The position numbers and the translations under genes were made by a program. 64,000 nt of DNA from a bacterium (lineage in GTDB: Bacteria; Oederibacteriota; PGYV01; Palsa-1178): NCBI GenBank assembly GCA_037138355.1, contig JBAXIL010000002.1:23233-87232 (forward strand), written 5' to 3'. Within the stretch, counting starts at the first letter, position 1; every line of letters starts with the position of its first letter. Positions 57,611 through 64,000 of the stretch are shown here, one piece after another. The notes beneath the pieces were generated by a model. The model did no database searches and was not told the origin of the DNA. It saw only the letters and a program-made list of their open reading frames with translations.

Positions 57611-60043
57611 TTATCTTATTTTATATATTACTGTATCAATTTTATTTTCATAAACAATATCAGCCATTTTATTAAACTTAGCAAGTCCACCTTGGCTTTT
57701 TGCGTATTTATCTTTTTCAAGTGCTCCCAAATATAAATATTGAACATTATATTTTTTTAACAGTTCAGTAGCTTTATTCACATCAAGAGTTTCATAGATT
57801 TCTCGCACATCTGCTTCCCTTTTTGAAGCTTCATCTCCAGAACCTCTCCATTGAGTTTCATGCCATGGCCAGCCAATTACAGTAGGCAGACCAGTAAATG
57901 ATGCTATTCTGGAATACTCTGTGTATGAACCGCCACACGCCTCAAGTATTACTGGTTTTCCTTTTATGTTTGCCTTTATCCAATCAATAGCTTGATAATC
58001 TCCATATGCTGGCAACCTGCCATCATAAGCAAAACCTTTTAAAAATTCAGAACCATCCAAAGTCGGGAAGTTTCCAAAAGAATTTGTTCTCACAATAGTT
58101 CCACCGAGAGTGTAAAGAAATCCTCCAGTGAACAGTACCCAAAATACTGTATACCAAACTACCTTAACCGCTGCTGGTTTGAACTTCATATAAAAATGAC
58201 TCACCCAGAAAAACGAGTAAGCGCCTGCTATAGACAACATAATCCACGCCTGATAATAAAACTTAAATATTGTATTCATTCTTCTGAGTTTTATGTTTTC
58301 GTTAAAACCATCTACTACTCTAAATATTTCCGTGCCCCATGTCGCGAATAAAACGGTAAATACCAAAATTAACACAAACTGATTTTCTTTAATTTCTGTT
58401 TTTGTGAGAGCTAAAAGAAGAACAACTGCCATAAAAACTAAAAGTAATCCCGCAGTCAAGCCCATGCCACCTTTATCTATAACTGTTTTATAAATAGTAA
58501 TTATTATTGCCAAGCCAAGAGCTATAAGTGAGTACAAATAAACTTTTTGATTTTTATTGCCAATAGGATTAATAAAGAATTTAAAGAAAGACATGACCGT
58601 GTCGTTAGATTTTTTTATTGAAACTTCAGTACCACCTAAATGAAGCTCATCTCCAGAAATCATATAACCACAGTTTCCGCATATGACTTTACCTTCACGG
58701 AATACAGACGAACAACGAGGGCAATAAAGCTCACGTTTTACTGACTTTGAACCAGCACCCTGTAGCTGTATAGCATATATCCAATTAAGTATTCTTGTTA
58801 CCAAAAATACCGCAACAGGAAAAAGCATAACTCCAAATATTATTAAATAATCAGAAAACTTTGTATTTACTGCAACAAGGCCAATACCTTTTACCTGATT
58901 CTTAAAGAACAAAGTAAAAGGAAGATAAGCAACAATAGCAACAACAAAGATAATGCCAAGCGCAATTCCCATATCCTTAAAATGCGTTTCGAACTTTTCA
59001 TCACGGCCGTATTTATATGAAACTATACACAAGGCTGTGACAAAGAAGTAAGTTGGAAAATCCCAAGAATTAAGGAACCATAAACCGCCAAGTACTAAAC
59101 CCGAGAAAACAAGAAAAGAAATTTTTTCAATTGTTGCCTCATAAAGGCGCTTTGCTTCAGATTTTATAAATGTTAAAGCCGTGTTTAAGGCGAGAAGAAC
59201 AAAAGGTATAGCCATTTGATGTGGGTGCATATCCCCTAACAAAAACGAAAAGAATGGAAACTCAGTTATAGTGTAATCTTTTTCGTAATCCATAATACGG
59301 GTGGGGTTCCACCAGTTAAAATTATCAAAAAATGCACCTTTATTATGAAACAACTGCCTTACACCGTCAAGATTTCCTAAAACCAACAAAAATGCAAAAG
59401 CCACAAAACCCATTAAATAATTTTTTGTTAAATTATACATTAAACCGAGCGCGCCAATTGCCGATATAGCATAAAGGTATGTGAGCGCTACATTATAAGC
59501 CATGCCGTTAGGTATAGAAGTTAATTTAAGGATAATTCCCATCATGACATATCCAAAATAATAGTAACTGATAGTCATTTTCTCTCCTGCCATCCATGGA
59601 TCAAAAGGTGGCATATGGTCCGACTTACCAACTGCATTTAAGAAAGCAAAATCCATAAACTTTTCCTGTCCGAGTATGTCAGGATGGTACATTTTAAAGA
59701 AGGCATAAAAAAGAAATATGAATAGGTAGAAGAGTTCTGTGATTAAGATTAATGCAAATTTTTCGCTCATAAAATCAAGCATTTCTTGTTTATTTTGAAT
59801 GAATATCCATGCCGAAGCCGCCAGCATAATTAAAATAACAAAGATAATGGAAATATTTGAGAAGTTTATGAAACCGATTAACCACGAAAGGTATCCCACA
59901 ATAAAAAGCCCTATAATTTTAGAAAACATATACCCTTTGTCATGTGATTTTCTAAAAAGATAAAAGCTTAAAGGGAAAGCAAAAAGACCTATTAATAATG
60001 AAATAACCCACCAATTCATAAGATATCCAAAATATGCGACCAC
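57611..60043 (-). CDS. DUF2298 / Chlor_Arch_YYY-type GT-C-like membrane protein with inserted zinc ribbon
   Basis: EKFMD, PP.DPW.AG, YYYFG, TEFP.FSF..GD.HPH, NSWD, RMNT.FK.Y.Q.W, TGLPT.IGW..HE.QWR; GTG at 60043 after GGAGG (ORF track start 60130 overlaps the promoter). Confidence 0.82.
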   Translation of the reverse strand: MVAYFGYLMNWWVISLLIGLFAFPLSFYLFRKSHDKGYMFSKIIGLFIVGYLSWLIGFINFSNISIIFVILIMLAASAWIFIQNKQEMLDFMSEKFALILITELFYLFIFLFYAFFKMYHPDILGQEKFMDFAFLNAVGKSDHMPPFDPWMAGEKMTISYYYFGYVMMGIILKLTSIPNGMAYNVALTYLYAISAIGALGLMYNLTKNYLMGFVAFAFLLVLGNLDGVRQLFHNKGAFFDNFNWWNPTRIMDYEKDYTITEFPFFSFLLGDMHPHQMAIPFVLLALNTALTFIKSEAKRLYEATIEKISFLVFSGLVLGGLWFLNSWDFPTYFFVTALCIVSYKYGRDEKFETHFKDMGIALGIIFVVAIVAYLPFTLFFKNQVKGIGLVAVNTKFSDYLIIFGVMLFPVAVFLVTRILNWIYAIQLQGAGSKSVKRELYCPRCSSVFREGKVICGNCGYMISGDELHLGGTEVSIKKSNDTVMSFFKFFINPIGNKNQKVYLYSLIALGLAIIITIYKTVIDKGGMGLTAGLLLVFMAVVLLLALTKTEIKENQFVLILVFTVLFATWGTEIFRVVDGFNENIKLRRMNTIFKFYYQAWIMLSIAGAYSFFWVSHFYMKFKPAAVKVVWYTVFWVLFTGGFLYTLGGTIVRTNSFGNFPTLDGSEFLKGFAYDGRLPAYGDYQAIDWIKANIKGKPVILEACGGSYTEYSRIASFTGLPTVIGWPWHETQWRGSGDEASKREADVREIYETLDVNKATELLKKYNVQYLYLGALEKDKYAKSQGGLAKFNKMADIVYENKIDTVIYKIR

Positions 60044-60119
60044 AAGCCACCTCCAATATTTTTTTACCTTTAATTTAAATGGTTTAATGCATAAAAACAT
60101 ATCAAACAAAATATGCATA

Positions 60120-60148
60120 ATTATATCCAAAACAGCTCAAATTGTCAA
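60120..60148 (-). promoter_or_regulatory. Consensus sigma70 promoter of the glycosylation operon
   Basis: Perfect TTGACA-17 bp-TATAAT. Confidence 0.75.
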
Positions 60149-60196
60149 CCTTTTGGAGTGGCTTTTTTCACCTAAAAAAACACATAAATTGGCCAT

Positions 60197-60239
60197 AAAA
60201 CAAAAGCCTGATTACGACACAATGTCAAAATCAGGCTTT
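60197..60239 (-). terminator. Probable terminator after PorV-like gene
   Basis: AAAGCCTGATT..GACA-TTG-TGTC..AATCAGGCTTT followed by TGTTTT on minus strand. Confidence 0.6.
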
Positions 60240-60352
60240 CGGGTATTAAAAATAAGACAATATATTAAACATACTATCTAACTAACTAACAATTACTCCA
60301 TAAAAACATAAATATTCGTAGTCCGTGGAAAAATTAAATAAAGTTCTATTTA

Positions 60353-61675
60353 CTAATTATGTGGTAGTCCCCCATTTTTTCCAACATAATCTTTAATCGC
60401 TTTAATATTTTTATCGGTAGATACCTCAATAGCTTTATCAAAATACAACTGCATAATAATCGCATTTCCAGCTTTTTTATTACACAATGCCATGCCTATA
60501 TATGCCCATTCAAATTTTCTATTTCTTCTTATTGCTTCTCTAAACTCTGACTTTGCCGCTTCTGTTTTGTTCTTTCTCAATAGTGAAACTCCATTAGTAT
60601 AATGTGCTATTGCTGATTTTAAATCTGGTATATCCCTATGAGTTTGCGTCACTAAAGGAGCAAAACTGCCTGTCAAAGAAAACCTATGAGTTAACCCTAA
60701 GTCAACAAAATCAGCTATGGCATAATCAACACTAAACGCCATATCCTTGCCTGTGACTATCTTATAACCCGCACCTGCCGACCATCTTCCTATAAGCTGC
60801 ATATCATAACCGAGCTGTACTCCACCTCTTAAGGTCAAGATATTATTGTCGTTAAAATACCAGCCCTTCTCAACTCCCAAATTTATTTTTGTCACATTAT
60901 CAATCGGGTAAAATGCTACATCCAAACCTAATGCAAGATTTTTCTTATTATTTTTTATAAACGACTCATCAGAGAAGCTATCTACAATATCATCAGACGA
61001 AGAGACATAACCAAAACCCAGTTTTACTGCGAGTGGAAGTGCTCCCCTATTGACAGATAGTCCAAAGTTTTCAATAGTAAGCCCAAAAGAATGATCCACG
61101 AACTTGGGCTGATACAATAAGCTTGCTGTGAAAGCATTACCGCTACCCTCATCTGAATATATTTTTTCTGCAATATTTACTATTCTTAAACCCACTGCCA
61201 AATCTGATAGCCCAGAATAAGGACCTACAAAATCAGATATTTTTTTGCTAACTGCCAATGCAAGATTTAAAGTACTTGCCGCAGCCTTATCAGAAGTCAA
61301 AATATATTCTTCCACAGGATTCTCCAATGTTTGAGTTATCTCACCAAAATTCATATAGTTAGCATAAATTCCAAAAGCCGCAATTTTTTCAAGGTTTATA
61401 CTATAAGCAACATACTCAGAATTAATATCCATAAGCCAGCTTGAGTGCATAAGACTAAACTGCTGCCCTGCTATAAAAGCCAATCCTGCTGGATTCCAAA
61501 ACATGGCATTCACATCATCCGCAAGTCCTACAGATGCTTCGCCCATACCTATTTGTCTGGCACCTTGTGCAATTTTCATACTATTGGCCCAAGTAGCACC
61601 TGACCCTGTTGCCACTGCCACACCTGTAACAAGAAAAATAAATATCAACAGCGCCAATATTCGCTTTAGCTTCAT
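60353..61675 (-). CDS. PorV/PorQ-family (FadL-like) outer-membrane barrel with C-terminal TPR
   Basis: Signal peptide; GARQIGMG.A......NA.FWNPAGLA; DYA....DLG.THRFSL; TPR tail; ATG 61675 after GGTGG. Confidence 0.8.
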   Translation of the reverse strand: MKLKRILALLIFIFLVTGVAVATGSGATWANSMKIAQGARQIGMGEASVGLADDVNAMFWNPAGLAFIAGQQFSLMHSSWLMDINSEYVAYSINLEKIAAFGIYANYMNFGEITQTLENPVEEYILTSDKAAASTLNLALAVSKKISDFVGPYSGLSDLAVGLRIVNIAEKIYSDEGSGNAFTASLLYQPKFVDHSFGLTIENFGLSVNRGALPLAVKLGFGYVSSSDDIVDSFSDESFIKNNKKNLALGLDVAFYPIDNVTKINLGVEKGWYFNDNNILTLRGGVQLGYDMQLIGRWSAGAGYKIVTGKDMAFSVDYAIADFVDLGLTHRFSLTGSFAPLVTQTHRDIPDLKSAIAHYTNGVSLLRKNKTEAAKSEFREAIRRNRKFEWAYIGMALCNKKAGNAIIMQLYFDKAIEVSTDKNIKAIKDYVGKNGGLPHN

Positions 61676-61691
61676 TTTAACACCACCGTAT

Positions 61692-64000
61692 TTACTTATT
61701 TTTAATGACATATATTTTTCCCTTATAAACTTTTCCACTCAATTGCTTTGCTACATAAAAATATACTCCTGCTTCCACTTGCTGATTCTTATAATTATCA
61801 CCTTGCCAATATGCTCTCGGTGAATCTACTGGGCCAATGACTTTTAATAGTTCCGCTGAAACAGTATATATATAAATCACTGTTCCCCGTTCAAGATTTT
61901 CAAATTTAAGTCTTCCGTTTATCGCTGTATATAAATTAAACGGGTTCGGATAAACCGCAGGCATACCTGCTGGATAAAACATCAAATTTGAGTAAATCGG
62001 TGGATGTTTTTGAGTTCCCACATTTACCCAATCATTGTAATCTGCCGCGGCCCTATTTGTAAATGGGTCATTGCTGTCGCGGTATTTTACCACTTCCACA
62101 GAAAATTTCAATTCTAAGCTTTGCCCTGGATTCAATGTCGTTCCTACCATATCCCAAATAATTACATTATTATCTAAAAGTATTGGAGTGTAGGCATCAT
62201 GATTTTCAAGTAAACGCAATTCATCAGGCAAGGTATCCCATACCGCTATATTATATGCAGGATAAATATCGTCATTTTTTACGACTATCACAAAATCAAA
62301 CTGCGTTCCGATTTTGTAATCATTACTGCCTGAATAATTTTTAGTTATTGTCAGTTGTGATGGGTGCGGCGTGCTCGTTGGTGTAACTGTGAAAGTAGGA
62401 CTATTAGTAAAGGTCTGAGTTATGGTATGAGTGTTCGTTATTGTCGGAGTTGCTGTACGAGTAAAAGTATTTGTAATAGTAGAAGTCAATGTTTTTGTAT
62501 AAGTATTCGTAATTGTCTTTGTCACTGAAGGCGTAACCGTATAAGTACTTGTATTCGTGACAGTTTTTGTCACCGTATTCGTTACAGTTTTTGTTACGGT
62601 ATTTGTAACTGTTTTCGTAAAAGTCTCAGTACTTGTGTAGGTAGGAGTAGCTGTTTTCGTAAAAGTATATGTATCTGTTATTGTATTTGTTACAGTAAAA
62701 GTCGATGTAAATGTTTTTGTGAAGGTATCTGTAATAGTATTTGTAACCGTACTTGTCATTGTCATAGTAAATGTATCGGTTTGGGTAAAAGTGTCTGTAA
62801 CCGTATTTGTTACCGTGTCCGTAAAGGTTTCAGTAAAGGTATTCGTTACTGTATTCGTCACTGTTTCCGTAAAGGTATTGGTTACTGTATTTGTAAAGGT
62901 TTCCGTGGATGTTTCTGTAAATGTTCGTGTAAATGTTTGTGTGAAGGTTTCTGTAAAGGTGTTTGTAAATGTCTGCGTAAATGTTTCTGTAAATGTATTC
63001 GTCACCGTATTCGTTACTGTTTCCGTAAATGTATTCGTTACTGTTTTTGTAAAGGTTTCCGTGGATGTTTCCGTAAATGTTCTTGTAAATGTTTGTGTGA
63101 AGGTTTCTGTAAATGTGTTTGTAAATGTCTGCGTAAATGTTTCCGTAAATGTATTCGTCACCGTATTCGTTACTGTTTCCGTAAAGGTATTCGTTACTGT
63201 TTTTGTAAAGGTTTCCGTGGATGTTTCTGTAAATGTTCTTGTAAATGTTTGCGTATATGTATCTGTGAATGTTTTTGTAAATGTATTTGTGACTGTTTCA
63301 GTAAATGTATTCGTAACTGTTTGTGTAAATGTCTGGGTATATGTCATAGTTGAAGTATAAGTCTGTGTTACGGTTTTTGTTACTGTTTGAGTAACAGTAT
63401 CTGTAAAGGTATTTGTAAATGTCTGTGTAAATGTTTCCGTGACTGTATTTGTAGCTGTTTTTGTAAATGTCTGAGTGAATGTCATAGTTGAAGTAGAAGT
63501 CTGCGTTACTGTTTTTGTTACTGTTTGAGTGACGGTGTCAGTAAAGGTCTTTGTAAAGGTTTGCGTAAATGTTTCCGTGACTGTATTTGTCGCCGTTTTT
63601 GTGTATGTCTGCGTAAATGTCATAGTTGAAGTCGAAGTCTGCGTGGCAGTATTTGTTACTGTTTGAGTAAATGTATCTGTAAAGGTCTTTGTAAATGTCT
63701 GCGTAAATGTCTGCGTGACTGTATTTGTTAAAGTCGAAGTTTGCGTTGCTGTTTTTGTTACTGTTTGCGTAACAGTATCCGTAAATGTCTTTGTCATGGT
63801 TTGCGTGAATGTGTCCGTAAATGTATTTGTTGCGGTTTTTGTGAAGGACTGAGTAATCGTCATTGTATAAGTAGCAGTTTGCGTTGCGGTTTTTGTTGCT
63901 GTTTGCGTAACAGTGTTCGTAAATGTCTTTGTAATTGTTTGCGTAAATGTGTCCGTAAATGTATTTGTTGCGGTTTTTGTGAAGGACTGAGTAATCGTCA
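61692..64000 (-). CDS. Large secreted protein (5' part beyond window): Thr-X repeat region, DUF11 domain, T9SS-like C-terminal domain
   Basis: Frame open to window edge; >500 aa of TxTx; LTITK...F.IVVKN...A.NI.VWDTLP (DUF11); VYPNPFN...IYIYT....L....W.G.N......GVYFY.....GK..VIK. Confidence 0.85.
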   Translation of the reverse strand, partial: TITQSFTKTATNTFTDTFTQTITKTFTNTVTQTATKTATQTATYTMTITQSFTKTATNTFTDTFTQTMTKTFTDTVTQTVTKTATQTSTLTNTVTQTFTQTFTKTFTDTFTQTVTNTATQTSTSTMTFTQTYTKTATNTVTETFTQTFTKTFTDTVTQTVTKTVTQTSTSTMTFTQTFTKTATNTVTETFTQTFTNTFTDTVTQTVTKTVTQTYTSTMTYTQTFTQTVTNTFTETVTNTFTKTFTDTYTQTFTRTFTETSTETFTKTVTNTFTETVTNTVTNTFTETFTQTFTNTFTETFTQTFTRTFTETSTETFTKTVTNTFTETVTNTVTNTFTETFTQTFTNTFTETFTQTFTRTFTETSTETFTNTVTNTFTETVTNTVTNTFTETFTDTVTNTVTDTFTQTDTFTMTMTSTVTNTITDTFTKTFTSTFTVTNTITDTYTFTKTATPTYTSTETFTKTVTNTVTKTVTNTVTKTVTNTSTYTVTPSVTKTITNTYTKTLTSTITNTFTRTATPTITNTHTITQTFTNSPTFTVTPTSTPHPSQLTITKNYSGSNDYKIGTQFDFVIVVKNDDIYPAYNIAVWDTLPDELRLLENHDAYTPILLDNNVIIWDMVGTTLNPGQSLELKFSVEVVKYRDSNDPFTNRAAADYNDWVNVGTQKHPPIYSNLMFYPAGMPAVYPNPFNLYTAINGRLKFENLERGTVIYIYTVSAELLKVIGPVDSPRAYWQGDNYKNQQVEAGVYFYVAKQLSGKVYKGKIYVIKNK
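62370..64000. repeat. Coding tandem repeat array (12-bp basic unit; 156-bp and 138-bp higher-order units)
   Basis: gtggatgtttc at 62905/63061/63217 (156 bp); gtcatagttgaagt at 63343/63481/63619 and gtgaaggactgagtaatcgtca at 63841/63979 (138 bp). Confidence 0.9.

Noticed and set aside
62719..63360. Plus-strand Val-rich (213 aa) and Cys-rich (190 aa) ORFs
   Set aside because: Antisense shadows of the Thr-repeat codons; no RBS or independent coding signal

Overview
AT-rich bacterial chromosome window (standard genetic code, nearly all genes on the minus strand) from a diderm, LPS-producing organism. The gene content suggests an uncultured FCB/Elusimicrobia-neighbouring candidate lineage such as Ca. 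Goldbacteria; that is inference only. About 1-47 kb is mostly housekeeping: a Kdo/ADP-heptose/MsbA envelope operon with two sets of split hldE genes, a merR-tRNA-Pro-acyP-rpoS-like-apt block, der-plsY-gpsA, a two-gene secretin + CpaE-CpaF-fusion Tad unit, valS-nadC-birA, accA, rpiB-glyA-(O-antigen ligase/TPR)-nrdR, rsmI-spoVS, rpmB, rel, rpsP-khpA-trmD-rplS (no rimM), and tRNA-Thr/tRNA-Phe. The last 16 kb is the most interesting part. A giant (Thr-X)n repeat surface protein with DUF11 and a T9SS-like C-terminal domain is paired with a PorV-like barrel. Directly downstream is an operon with two GT-C-type membrane glycosyltransferases (DUF2298/YYY and TIGR03663-like, each carrying a zinc ribbon), two membrane-anchored NHL propellers, a Wzx flippase, two GT2 enzymes and a B12-binding radical SAM enzyme, plus a convergent third GT2. 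This is a candidate lipid-linked protein glycosylation system. No CRISPR array, rRNA, transposase, integrase or phage gene was seen. Family assignments come from motif recognition, not database searches.
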